Below are positions 40,148 through 53,756 of a stretch of DNA of 64,000 bases, in pieces. Made by a program: the position numbers and the translations under genes. Numbering within the stretch: position 1 is the first letter of the stretch; each line of letters opens with the position of its first letter. The stretch is from contig NC_043007.1 of assembly GCF_006345805.1 (NCBI RefSeq), positions 77,252,001 through 77,316,000 of the forward strand, in the 5' to 3' direction. This stretch comes from Octopus sinensis (taxonomy: Eukaryota). The notes beneath the pieces are model-generated. The model made no database searches, was not told the origin of the DNA, and saw nothing but the letters and a program-made list of their open reading frames with translations.

Positions 40148-40440
40148 TGTGCGCGTGTACTTTGTATAAATACGAAGTAGGAGAATATTCTATGTAAATG
40201 CAGTGAGAATATTGACGGTTAGGTGAGTCTGTGAACACACATACACGCACGTACACACACACACACACATACACACACTCATTTATACATACACACACGC
40301 ACTCACACACTCACACACATACACACACCACACCACGCATACCAAAAACAACATGGCATGCGAAGGCTGTATGTATGTTTTTGTGTGTGTGTATATGTGG
40401 GAGTGTGTGATCGGCAAGAGCGTGTCTGTGTGTATCTGTG
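38840..40440. repeat. Degenerate (GT)-rich simple-repeat region
   Basis: Direct reading; source of many spurious Cys-Val/His-Thr ORFs. Confidence 0.85.
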
Positions 40441-40907
40441 AAAGAATATTTATGCAAGAAAGCTTGTTTGGAAGCTGCGTGATACCGTGTGAAGAATCTA
40501 CGTAATGCGAAGCTATGCGTAGCTATGCGTAGCTATGTGTAGCTATGTGTAGCTACGTAAGTGCTCTGTGAGTCTGCTAGAGTCTATACGAGCCAGTGTG
40601 AGGTTGTGCAAGGTTGTTTGAGACTATGTAAAGACTGTGTAAAGCTATGTTGATGCAACTGCGAGGCGCTCTGTGATGTCTGTGTGATGCTATTTTGGCG
40701 CTTTAAGAATACGTGTTTTGAAGGTGTGTTTATGACAAGAGAGGGTGTGGTCGTTTCGAAAAATGATGTACTGGGCGTTTCCCATCTTTAATATTTGTGC
40801 GGTAAGTGAAGATGTAGCGAACAGGTAAAAATATGAATATATTATAACTATATACTGTTAGACTTCCTTTTGGTATAGTCATAAGGAACGGCATACTTGT
40901 GTGTGTT

Positions 40908-40945
<38 letters not shown>

Positions 40946-41056
40946 GTATGTATGTGTGTGTGTATGTGCATGTATGTATGTTTTTATGTTATATGCTTGT
41001 ATATATGTGTTAATGTATGTATGAATGTGTGTATATATGTGTGTGTGTGCAGATAT

Positions 41057-41111
<55 letters not shown>

Positions 41112-41851
41112 TACATACGTATATACATACATGCAGATATATATATATATATATATACATACATGCTTGCATACATACATTCATGCAAACATACATTCAT
41201 ACATACATTCATACATATATTCATACATACATACATATATTCATTCATACATACATACATACATACATACATACATACATACATACATACATACATACAT
41301 TCATACATACATGCATACATACATACATAAATACATACATACATACATACATACATACATTCATACATACATGCATACATACATACATAAATACATACAT
41401 ACATACACACTTGCAGTCGCATTAAATTACAGATTCACAAAATTATTTAAATCATTTTGAGGTTTATATATATACATTAAGGTATATATGGATTCGTAAA
41501 TAAATTATATGTATTAACGTAGGAAGGTATGACGATGCATACATACATACATACATACATACATACATACATACATACATACATACATACATACATACAT
41601 ACTACATACATACATACATAATACATGCTTACATAAATACATATATATTATATTATTATATATATATATATATTATATATACACACACGTTTGTCCAGTT
41701 GTTTCAGTCATTGGATTGCGGCCATGCTGGGGTACGTGAATATATACAACTGGTTTCAAGGTATTGATATTGAGTAATGCCGTATGAAGATGCATAATGA
41801 GAGATAGTGTCTGTGCTTGCAGATATGTTTACGTATTTAAATATACCATCG

Positions 41852-41909
<58 letters not shown>

Positions 41910-42314
41910 GAGATAGGGGTTGAAAATTCACCCACCATGGGATAATATATATCCAATATACTGCCAGATAGGTACCCAACAAGATATATATATATATATA
42001 TATAGACACATACATATGAGAAGGATGTTAATCAAATTAATATCCAATTTTTCACCCTCATTTTAAATTTACACACACACACATATATATATAGATAAAT
42101 AGATAGATACATAGATGATACTATATATATATATGCATAGTTTTGTATGCGTGTATATATATATATATATACATACATACATACATACATACATACATAC
42201 ATACATGTGTGTATGTATAGATATGTATATTATATATACTTATGGATGTCTGTATTTTTATATATACATCTCACACAGAGACACATATATATATATTCTT
42301 TATCTTTATCTTTT

Positions 42315-42542
42315 AATTCTTCCATTCATTTGGCTGCGGCCATGATGGGGCACCGCCTTGAAGAACTTCAATCGAACGAATCAAATCTGGTACTTTTGTT
42401 CTTTAAAGACTGTTACTTATGCAATCGCCCTGTGTTCCCGAACGGAGACATGAACACCCTAACACCGGTTGCGAAGCGGTGGTGGAGGATAAACACAGGC
42501 GCAAACACACACACTTACGCACACACGCACGTACGCACACAC

Positions 42543-42584
<42 letters not shown>

Positions 42585-42750
42585 ATATATATATATACAT
42601 ACATATATATATGACGGGCTTCTTTCAATTTCCGTTTACCAAATCCACTCACAAGGCCTTGGTTGGCCCAAGGCTATAGTAGAAAAAACACTTGCCAAAA
42701 GTACCACGCAGGGGAACTGAACCCAGAACCATGTGGTTGGGAATCTATAT
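42315..42750 (-). mobile_element. SINE-D, head partly lost
   Basis: rc of tail and body with central (CA)n(TA)n. Confidence 0.75.
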
Positions 42751-43124
42751 CACAAGGAAAGGGGATATGATTTAACAGCTTTAATAACAGGTGCGTTGCT
42801 TTCGCTAATTAACGAAATATTGATTGGTGGGGGAGAGGGAGAGAGGGGAGGGGAAGACAAAGTGAATGGTGAGGGGGGAGGGAGAGATTTTAAGAGATAG
42901 ATTTAAAGTTATGGAGTGAAGTACACCGGTCACCGTCTGATGGTCATTTTAGCAGAATACACTGGGGTAGTGTGATAAGAATGTCTTGCTCAAGGGTATA
43001 ATGTACCACCATCAAATCACTAGCTCCAAACTCCAATTACTAGAAGACATGCCTTTACACACACAAACACCACATCCTTCCACAAACACACATACACTCA
43101 CGCATATATGTACAGATGCGTAGG

Positions 43125-43525
43125 TGTGGGTGTGTGGTTAAGTAGCTTGCTTACCAACCACATGGTTCCGGGTTCAGTCCCACTGCGTGGCACCTTAGGC
43201 AAGTGTCTTCCAATACAGCCTCGGGCCCACCAAAGCCTTGTGAGTGGATTTGGTAGAAGGAAACTGAATGAAGCCCGTCGTATATATATATGTATGTGTG
43301 TGTGTGTGTATGTTTGTGTCTCTGTGTTTGTCCCCCCAACATCACTTGACAACCGATGCTGGTGTGCTTACGTTTCCGTAACTTAGCAGTTCGGCAAAAG
43401 AGACCGATAGAATAAGTACTAGGCTTACAAAGAATAAGTCTTGGGGTCGATTTTGCTCGACTAAAGGCGGTGCTCCAGCATGGCCACAGTCAAATGACTG
43501 AAACAAGTAAAAGAGTAAAAGAGAT
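43125..43525 (+). mobile_element. SINE-D full length
   Basis: GTGTGGTTAAGTAGCTTGCTTACC head through GACTGAAACAAGTAAAAGAGTAAAAGAG. Confidence 0.85.
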
Positions 43526-44059
43526 GCAGTTACATACACAAAACTGTGAGCTTACAGCGTGTTGAGAAATGTTAAGATAGGCAAGCACGTGGTTCAATGT
43601 TCGATCATAATGTGTTGTATGTAATATATACAATTTTCCTCCTTGATCTCAAATTCAATCATTTCTAATGAGCTGATTTTGGTAGAAGGAAATTGTGTTG
43701 AATACGGCTGTGAGTGTAAAGCATTCTTTCAATGAATTTATATTCCTTTTCGTTGAGAAACTTACCTCTTTGTGAGATTTCTTTGTGTAAGAAGATCAAA
43801 GAACACTTTGATAAGTTTCCACTGGATTTTCCTGCCTTACCATGAATTTTCTCACAGTTCCGCTTTAGAGGAATTGGACATACACATACTTATGAACCTT
43901 CACCCCTTCAAAAAAAAAAAACAAAAAAAAAAAACAAGTAACCCTCCCCTCAAAACAATGTACGTCTAACAGGTGGTGGCTTCATTCATTAGCATCTCAA
44001 GACATTCGCTGACAGTGTGTTCACTAACTGAAGCAATAAGGCAATGAGTTGTCTGTGGA

Positions 44060-44905
44060 AAGGCGGCGAGCTGGCAGAAAAGTTTGCACGCCGAAACGTT
44101 AGCACGGGCGAAATGCTTAGCGGTATTTCGTCTGCGTTACGTTGTGAGTTCAAATTCCGCCGAGGTCGACTTTGCCTTTCATCCTTTCGGGGTCGATAAA
44201 TTAAGTACCAGTTACGCACTGGGGTCGATGTAATCGACTTAATACCTATGTCTGTCCTTGTTTGTCCCCTCTGTGTTTAGCCCCTTGTGGGTAATAAAGA
44301 AATAGGTAGTTCGCTTGCCGCTAAGTTCTCAGTTCAAATTCCGCCGAGGTCGACTTTGCCTTTCATCCTTTCGGGGTCGATTAAATAAGTACCAGTTACG
44401 CACTAGGGTCGATATAATCGACTTAATCCGTTTGTCTGTCCTTGTTTGTCCTCTCGATGTTTAGCTCCTTGTGGGTAGTAAAAAAATAGGTAGTTCGCCT
44501 GCCTTTCGTTCTGAGTTCAAATTCCGCCGAGGTCGACTTTGCACTTTATCCTTTCAAAGTCGATAAATTAAGTACCAGTTGCGTATTGGAGTCGATCTAA
44601 TCGAGTAGTCCCCCCTCCCTAAAAAGTTCGGGCCTTGTGCATAGAGTAGAAAAGAATATATTACATGTGAAAGGCGGCGAGATGGCAGAATCGTTAGCAC
44701 GCCGGTCGAAATGCTTAGCAGTCTTTCGTCTGCCGCTACGTTCTCAGTTCAAATTCCGCCGAGGTCGACTTTGCTTTTCATCCTTTCGGGGTCGATAAAT
44801 TAAGTACCAGTTACGCACTGGGGTCAATATAATCGACTTAATCCGTTTGTCTGTCCTTGTTTGTCCTCTCTGTGTTTGGCCTCTTGTGGGTAGTAAAGAA
44901 ATATA
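44060..44905 (+). mobile_element. SINE-B multimer (44060-44660) followed by a monomer (44670-44905)
   Basis: Head + 2 long units + terminal unit ending GGGCCTTGTGCATAGAGTAGAAAAG, then a new head. Confidence 0.85.
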
Positions 44906-44947
44906 TATTAATCTTTATTTATACATTCAATCACATGCTAAGCTATT

Positions 44948-44986
<39 letters not shown>

Positions 44987-45261
44987 CTGTCTGTCTGTCA
45001 CTCTCTATATATAGATAATTAATAACTCTCTATATATAGATAATTAATAGCTCTCTCTATATATAGATAATTAAAATCATTCAGATATCACCATTCGCAT
45101 ATATTCATAGTATAAAATTTAAATTGGCATGAATTTATATAACATCATTTAATACTACAAACACTTACATGTATATGTATGCATATGTACACACGTGCGC
45201 TATCATTGTGAGTAGTTGACACACATGTATGTATGTAAATAAGTATGTGCATATATGTGTA

Positions 45262-45334
<73 letters not shown>

Positions 45335-45337
<3 letters not shown>

Positions 45338-45530
45338 GTACTATATACCTAATTAAGCACATAAATGTAAAACAAGGTGGGAAAAAATAGTACCCTAAAC
45401 CAGGAGGTATCATAAAACTATCATAAAAAGTACTATAAAAAAAACCCCCACTACTCAGAGTTTCACTTCCCGTTCGTCGGAGAGTTTTGATTGAGAATGG
45501 AACAAAACATCAAGGTTATAAGCATAAATA
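45335..45530 (-). mobile_element. PLE-like element with variant HHR motif (45448-45485)
   Basis: Minus strand CCGACGA-ACgggaaGT-GAA-ACTCTGAGT-A-GTGGGG; element ends in (TA)n. Confidence 0.4.
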
Positions 45531-45547
45531 TACAATTGTGTGTGTGT

Positions 45548-45590
<43 letters not shown>

Positions 45591-46019
45591 TGTGTTTGTG
45601 TGTGTGTGTATGGCAGACTTCTGCACAGTTTTTGTCCAGGGAACTCCGCATTACAAGTGAATTGCCAACTCTAACGTACACTGGAATCATTAGTTCATAC
45701 AGCGCGCATTAAGATCGAACCAGCGTTATATGCCATCATAAAGCGAAGTTCTGAAGCACATTCTCATGCTTGTTTCTAAACATGTACATATTCGAAAATA
45801 GACCTACAATATGGTGTGTATACTTATATATGTCTACACATGCATAAAATATGCATGTATGTATATGCATATCAGCACCTACTTATGTATATGAACACAT
45901 AGATATCTATTTATATGTGTGTGTGTGTATATATATAAACACATACGTGCATACATGTATATACCTATGTATGTATGAATGTGTGTGTATATATATATAT
46001 ATATATATTATACACAGAT

Positions 46020-46057
<38 letters not shown>

Positions 46058-46599
46058 TATATTATATATTACATATAAAATATGTGTAAATGTGTCTGTG
46101 TGCACGGGTATGCGTTTCTGTATGTGTTTGTATTAACGTTTACATGCACACACACACACACTCACACACACACACACACACATTCACACACGCACACACT
46201 CACACACATACACACACATACACACTGATATATATGTTCGTCCATCAGCATACACACCAAAAACATGACGCTGGCATAAAATTAATGCCACGCCCCCTCT
46301 GATGTTTGTGATATGTATTTACAATATGCAACCAATTTCCAAAAAACACACCCACTCGAAGAAGGTGACAAAACTTGGCATCGCCGTAGAAATTTGATTG
46401 CAGGAACTAACTAAAAGACGTCATGTTCAATCTTTGCACCATCTTCTTGATCTTCCCCATTCCCCTGCTCTCTGCTGACTCTCATAAAAATAGGAATATT
46501 TTAATAAATACTGGCGTACTTAAAACATAAGTTGTTGAGAGACATCAAAGAGGATAATATATAGTAGTTATAATAGTTAAAAATTATGTTAGTTGTTTC

Positions 46600-47350
46600 A
46601 GGCAGAGGACAGCGGCGATGCTGGAGCAACATCTTGAAGGGTTTATTCCAAGTGTTCTCAACTATTTTTTTTTTATCTATGGACCCCTTTGATTACTTTT
46701 TATTCTGGTGGACTCCCATAGCCATTCCATGTTTAAAAGTTAGTTTTATAGACACTTCTTTCGAAATTCCTATTTTGTTATTAACCCATTAGCTTGTGCA
46801 GGTTGAACTATGTAAAATGTTAGAGAAAGAATCTTAACTGGTTCTTTAAACACGTAGCAATATATACATCTAAAACATCTACTGTGGATCCCTAATTTAC
46901 TATGGACCCCGGTTGAGAGCCACTGGTTTAGTCTCGAACAAATCGACTGTGGTACTTCTTTCTCTTTCTTTTTCCATGTCTGGTACTTATTCTATCGGTT
47001 CCTTTCGCCGAGCCGCTAAGTTACAGGATGGTAAACAAACCAACACCAGTTGTCAAATGATGGTGATAGGAGCAAACACAGACACAAAGACACGCGCGTA
47101 CACACATCACATGCATACACACATAGAAACACACTGACACACACATAAACACATGTACGTACATACACACACGCACGTACATACACACAGACATATATCG
47201 ATACGGCGAGCTTCCACACAGTTTCCGTCTACCATATTCACTCACAAGACATTGTTCGGCCCGGAGCTATAGTAGGAGATATTTGCCCAAGGTGCTGCTT
47301 AACGGGGCCGAGCCCAGAACCACGTGGTTGCGAAGCGAGTATCTTAAGCA
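46600..47350 (-). mobile_element. SINE-D interrupted by a hAT MITE
   Basis: Tail 46600-46648, continuing after 46925; head ends about 47350. Confidence 0.75.
46649..46925. mobile_element. hAT (Charlie-like) MITE, 277 bp, 8-bp TSD
   Basis: Ends CAAGTGTTCTCAAC and GTTGAGAGCCACTG; TSD GTTTATTC (46641-46648) and GTTTAGTC (46926-46933). Confidence 0.75.
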
Positions 47351-48152
47351 CATGTCACCCAAATTACATCTTATAAATAACATTAACATAAACACTCCAT
47401 GATGCAATATGGTCAGAAATAAGAAGCGATGGTCATGGGTGAGATATGTTCGATCATACGTCTAATCAGTTAGGGCTGACCTGGGGCTAAACAAGGACAA
47501 ACACTGATTGATTGAGGTACCATCCTAGCTGGTTATATGTGATCACTGAGCTGCTAGAGAGAGCAACCAAATCTTCCTCAAAGTGCATCATACAGTCCTA
47601 AAAGATGTCCAGATACGGTAACGCTCTTCTTGATGCAGTCATTTCTTTAACTTGCTTCAGTCACCAGACTGCGGCCATGCTATGGCATCACCTTGAAGAG
47701 TTTAGTTAATGAAATCAATTTCATCAAATACTTATTTCTAAGTCTGGAACTTATTCTATCGGGCTCCTTTACTGAACCACTAAGTTACGAAAATGTAAAC
47801 AATCAAACAACGGTTGTCAAGCGGTGAACACACAAGCTCAAAACATACGCGCACATACACACACGTATGTATGAATGTATGTATGTATATATATATATAT
47901 ATAGTGAAAGATTATCAATCTGGGAAAAATACTTCATAAACTCTATGTTCGCACATCTGGCTAACAATATTGTTCAGATTAGTGAAAACTTCCAGTATTC
48001 TTATGACCGGTCCAAGGTTAGGGTTCATCATAATTCTGTATGGTAAATCCGTATTTAGGCTCCAGACAAGCTGGTTTTTACACAGAGTTATATATAAGAC
48101 AAGTTAAAAAATAACGGTTATTCCATATTATTCCATTATTAGAACAAATTAC

Positions 48153-48267
48153 GCTTACAGTTGTTACTGGTAGTCATTATAGATACGTTACTGATAGGTT
48201 TACGCAATCGGTCTGAGTAAACCTCTCAGTAACGTATCTATGATAATTAATGGAAACAGCTGTAAGC
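48153..48267. other. Near-perfect 115-bp foldback (mini-MITE or pre-miRNA-like hairpin)
   Basis: 25-bp inner stem 48179-48203/48217-48241 with one mismatch and a 13-nt loop; outer arms GCTTACAGTTGTT/AACAGCTGTAAGC. Confidence 0.8.
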
Positions 48268-48685
48268 CAAATTTGGTCTAATAAAGGAAAAATAATGTAA
48301 TGACTATTATTTATAATTTGTCTTATGTATGTATGAATGTATGTATGTATGTATGTACACGGACTGCCACGGTTTCCTAAAGTCTCCTACAAGGCGTATG
48401 GTATTCGTCGGGTTGGGACGGTTATTGAAAACATTTGCCCACGGTGCCGCGTAGTGGAGATAAAGCCGAAAGCATGTGAACCCCACATTCCTACATGTGC
48501 CCGACTGAAAGAAGATTTTTTTTCCTTTTTTTATATATATAAGAGATGAAATGATCAAATCTAGAAGGGTGTTGGCCATATGTTTGTTTGATCGTAGCTG
48601 ACCTGGGGTTAAACAACAATTACAACCAGCAGCAAGAACTGTTACCGCTATAACTACAACAGGAACAAACAAAACAGAAACAGTA

Positions 48686-48716
<31 letters not shown>

Positions 48717-48890
48717 TAACAGGAGCCGCAAGAACACCACCACTACCTCCAACACCACCACCACCAACAACAACAACCACCGCCACCACAACCACCACCA
48801 CCGCTGCCGCTGCCACCACCACCACCACAACGACAATAACAGATATGTGGTAGAATCGGTCAAAATTTGTTTTCTGTTATTTAAATACTA

Positions 48891-49204
48891 GGATCTTTTC
48901 ACTTTGACCGGCAGATTTTTAAAATAATTTCTTTGTAACTAAACACTTTTAAACTTCGTATACTGGTAGTGTGTTACAAACAACCGCAGAAATTGTATTC
49001 ACATCAATAGACATCATTGATTGGTTGAAATTGCCGAAATGCAAAAAATTTAACAAGAAATAGCTTACAAACTACAGAATTTTCTCAAGAAAGCCAAGAG
49101 AGAAAGATGTTTCATGTAACACATTCTACCAATATACGAAGTTTAAAAGTGCTTAGTTACAAAGAAATTATTTTAAAAATCTGCCGGTCAAAGTGAAAAG
49201 ATCC
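48891..49204. mobile_element. MITE with ~88-bp TIRs
   Basis: GGATCTTTTCACTTTGACCGGCAG... at both ends (2 mismatches, 1 small indel); flanks AAATACTA and AAATACTG (7/8). Confidence 0.85.
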
Positions 49205-49990
49205 AAATACTGCTTCTCTAAATTCTGTCAGGACCGATTTTGCATAATGTTGCCTCCGAAGACAATCAATTAAGTAGCATTCAAGTATTGGGTTCGATTT
49301 CCTTCAAAGCTCATGCCGAACGGTTCTCCTCTGTCATCATCAATCGTCTGAATGGTTTCCGCCTTGTTGTTCAGTAGATACATCTGGAAAACACCTGGTC
49401 TATAAACAATCACGAATTCCTTGATGTGTCAGAAATGTGTAGGAAGGAGGCTAGAAAATAAAATAAAATAAAATAAAATAAATAAATAAATAAATAAATA
49501 AATAAAACGCCCGGATGACGGTTTTTCTGTTAGCCATTTTCGTATGTCAAAATGGTAATGACGCTTCTGTTGGATGTAATAACCTTTTTTTAAATATTGC
49601 AACAAAGGCAACGGAAAATAGAGCATGATAAGAACTGGTTGCAAAAAAACCGTTTAAACATGGCAATGATACACGCAGTGTACGTGATCTTTTATTCTTT
49701 TGCTTGCTTCAGTCATTGGACTTTTCTAAAAATTCCTTAATCTAAGCCAAAACAAGAGCACTCAGAGAGCGCAAACCTCGGTCAAGGCAACACCAACGTC
49801 CTCTCAACGATTAGCCGCAGACGATTTTAAAAATGAGAATATGAAACAACGCACTCTTATCATAAAAAAAGTACATGATTATTTCATTTAAATTTGAATT
49901 TAAACACCGTAGCACGTATATAACAGTGTACTTTATCAGTTATTTCAACTGAACAGTGAAATACTAAATTTTCTCGGAGGCACTGGTTAT

Positions 49991-50791
49991 TTAAAAGGTA
50001 CTAATATTGATTCTAAAATTACATTTATTAGGTGGTGAAACATTAATTTTTGTAGCACTATTCATGTTATTATAAGAAGGGGACCCTAAAGCAATACTAT
50101 TATTTATCTCGGGTACAGATGTATTATTAACAGGGGAACTAGAGTCACACCTACCACTAGGATAATTAAAGCCACACACGGTATTATTAATATTAATTAA
50201 TTTTCTATGTGTGATGACAGCTATATTGTGAGCTTGATTAGGTGTGGAAGAATATGCTAATATTACAGTATGCCAATTAAATATTTTGCTATATCTATTG
50301 CAAGGGGGAAGTGCCGCTCCAATACTTGGAAGAAAATTCAGGAACATCGGAAGCTACATGAAATCCGAAACGGGGGTTAAACTTCCAGTTACATAACCTA
50401 TTTTTCATATGCTTGTATTATGAGTTATATTGCTATTATGAATAGTACATCTAAATTAAGAATTGCATGTTCTACAACTATTATAGGAGGTGTGGATATT
50501 ATGATCATCGTGAAGCTTCTCTTACTTTTATTTAGCTTTACTACACTTACAAGATAAAAGTCTGCTTTTCAAGTTATCAAGGTTCGGATTAAGGTTTTCA
50601 AGGGAAGTATCGGAACTACGTGGTCTGTTTTAAGCATTAACCTGAGAATTGTTTGCATAACTACCATCGGGGCTTGTCATTTCCCAATTGGGTTCTCGAC
50701 CAGAGCTCAAAACAGGTTTAGCCCTGGGATTAATATTTTTGCAATAGTTGTACTTTTTATTATCATCGTCATCAAAATATACATTATCGGT
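49991..50791 (-). pseudogene. Fossil N/S/D-rich reading frame (267 codons, 6 in-frame stops), unidentified
   Basis: One frame from 50791 to 49991 with strong NNT codon bias; stops are TAA x4, TGA and TAG. Confidence 0.5.
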
Positions 50792-50989
50792 TCGTTATAC
50801 CTTTGAGAACATGGCCTACCATAAGTTGGTGTTGCGTACATACATGCATGCATACAGACATACATGCATTCATTCATACATACATACATACATACATACA
50901 TACATACAAACGTACATGCATGCATACATACATACATGCATACATACATACATGCATACATACATGCAAGCATACATACATCTTTTATA

Positions 50990-51380
50990 CTTTACTCGTT
51001 TCAGTAAAGCACTCTTTAAAGGGTTTTAGTAGAAACAAAATCGTCCCCAGTACATACTGCTTTGTAAAGTTTGATAGTTATTCTATCTCTTTAGCCGAAC
51101 CGCTATGTTGTGGGGACGTAAACAAACCAGCACTGGTTTTCAAGGAGTATTGAGTACCATTATAAACGTAAAAACACACGCATATACACACAAACACACA
51201 CATATGCATGTAAACGACGGGCTTCCTCACAGTTTCTGTGTCCCAATTTCACTCACAAAGCAGTGGTCGTCCCGGAGGTACCGCAGAAGATGTTTGCCTG
51301 GGGTGCCGCACTGTGGGACTGAACCCGAAAACACGTGGTTGCAGCACGTGGAGCTTCACTAAACAGCCATACCTGCGCAT
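50990..51380 (-). mobile_element. SINE-D, diverged
   Basis: rc of head CAGCCATACCTGCGC and tail TACTTTACTCGTTTCAGT. Confidence 0.65.
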
Positions 51381-51385
51381 ATACA

Positions 51386-51417
<32 letters not shown>

Positions 51418-52176
51418 CACTTAAATACACACACATATTGGGAGAGATAGATAGATAGACAGAGAGAGAGAGAGATCAAGAGAGAGCAAGAGAGAGCAAG
51501 AGAGAGAGAGCAAGAGAGCGAGAGAGAGAGAGGTAGTGGGGAGGAAAGATAGATACTGCAAAAATATTTAGATAGATAATTATTCTAAATGCTTCCTTGC
51601 TATATTGACTCTGAACTGAAGCTATTCGAAATTGCGACTGTTTGGTCGCTTCACATATAAACTTTCCCTCATCGGCTCACCTTTTAGGCAGAGACTCCTT
51701 GGATGGTTCATGTTTTGATACTTACAACTCCTACATAATCTTTAGCTCATACATTTTAGCTCATTAATACTAATTCATATTTTATCTTACGCTTATCTAT
51801 GGTACAAAGATACATAATATAACATAAATGTAAAGACACTTCATTTATAAGAAATATTATGCAGAGTCACGAATACTCCTGATTTGTATTCGCTGTGAAG
51901 ACCTTTTAATAAACTAATTAAATTCTATGTTATCTCTTTAGTTACTTTACATTTTTAATTTGTAGGCTAGAGGCCAAAACGTATTTGCTTATTTTAGGTC
52001 AGTTATGTATAGCCATAATTTATGTATTTTAAGGTCTTTGATAATGAGGAGGTCAAACACTGTAATTAGTGAGTTGTTTATTACAGGGTTTCAATGATAT
52101 GCCGTATCATAAATTTTAAGAGAAATGGACTGAGAGAACATGTGGAAAATAGAATCCTCTTATATTATATCTATTA

Positions 52177-52500
52177 AAAGACTCCGCCGGTTACGACGAC
52201 GAGGGTCCCAGCTGATACGATCAACGGAACAGCTTGCTCGTGAAATTAACGTGCAAATGGCTGAGCATTCCACAGACACGTGTACCCTTAACGTAGTTCT
52301 CGGGGATAATCAGCGTGACACAGAGAGTGACAAGGCTGACCCTTTGAAATACAAGTACAACTCATTTTTGCCAGTTGAGTGGACTGGAGCAACGTGAAAT
52401 AAAGTGTCTTGCTCAAGGACACAACGCGTCGCCGGGAATCGAACTCACAACCTTACGATCATGAGCCGAATGCCCTAACCACTAAGCCACGCGCCCTCAC
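52177..52500 (-). mobile_element. SINE-F full length, 12-bp TSD
   Basis: Homologous to 26853-27179; TSD TTATATCTATTA at 52165-52176 and 52501-52512. Confidence 0.85.
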
Positions 52501-52939
52501 TTATATCTATTATTATATATCGTCAACATGTTTTGTTTTTAAATCTGTCTGACTAGGTCACTAGTTTTCCCCCTCTCATTTCGTTAACCTTGCCTCTCAA
52601 CCCGTCCTCTTTATGTAATTTCTGTAAACAATATGTTTTGCTCCACATAGCCTAAATTGGGAAAAAAAAAAAGACCATTAAGCTCTTTGGATAGTTCTTT
52701 TGTCTGAGGATCGTCATGATGGATTCACGCCTAGGTTCCACTTATTAATCGCCGATTGAATAAATCTTAGTTTTCATGCTTAAGCGCACGGTTTTCTCAG
52801 AACATAGGAGCCATTTCCAGAGTCAGTATTTCGGCACTTAATGAGGAGACAACATTGAATTGTAAAACTATTCTTGGATGATTCACTGAACTGTCGTAAA
52901 ATTTACTGCCAGAGTGGACCCTATTTCAACAATTTCCAA

Positions 52940-53036
<97 letters not shown>

Positions 53037-53204
53037 ATCTGTTTGTCTGTTTATCTAGGTAGTATGCTATCTGTGTGTATACACGCATATGCATACATTC
53101 CATGCATCTTAGACACACAGGCACGCACGTATATATGTATATATACACAGATATGGATATACACGCATACACGCATATATACGTACATATATACATTTGC
53201 AAGA

Positions 53205-53256
<52 letters not shown>

Positions 53257-53298
53257 TGTGTGTGTGCGTGTGTGTTGCGTGAATATATAATGACTTCA

Positions 53299-53756
53299 GA
53301 TTGAGGGTGAGTTATCTCGCCTGTTCATGGCTCTATGGTGTTTTAACACCGGCGACATGAGAGTTATATACTCTGCTACGCCATTGCAGCCAACGGAAAA
53401 ATACACGAAGCATATACATTAGTATATGTATTTAACAATATTTATTGTACTAGAGCTGCTTTTACTTCACATGTAAATTTCCTCTTAGGTATGCAATTTC
53501 CCGGCATACCAGCTCGTGATTTTACAAGCCATGAGCATATAAGTTGTTGAACTGGCTAGCTGAGTCGTTTTTCAAGTCAAGCAGGTGTGGTGGTGTTGAT
53601 AAGCCACAAAAATGGCGAAACATCGATGTCCATCACTCCCAAAGGGGATTGAGGGTGAGTTATCTCGCCTATTCATGGCTCTAGGGTGTTTTAACGCCGG
53701 CGACATGAGAATTGTATACTCCGCTACACCATTGCAGCCACCGGAAAATACACAAG

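Noticed and set aside
43766-43862. Minus-strand exon candidate with AG|GTAAGT donor
   Set aside because: Acceptor is ambiguous, the peptide is unrecognisable, no partner exon, and it is on the opposite strand to the better candidates.
49275-49430. 52-aa minus-strand frame (HIKEFVIVYRPGVFQMYLLNNKAETIQ...)
   Set aside because: No donor before the stop and no recognisable homology.
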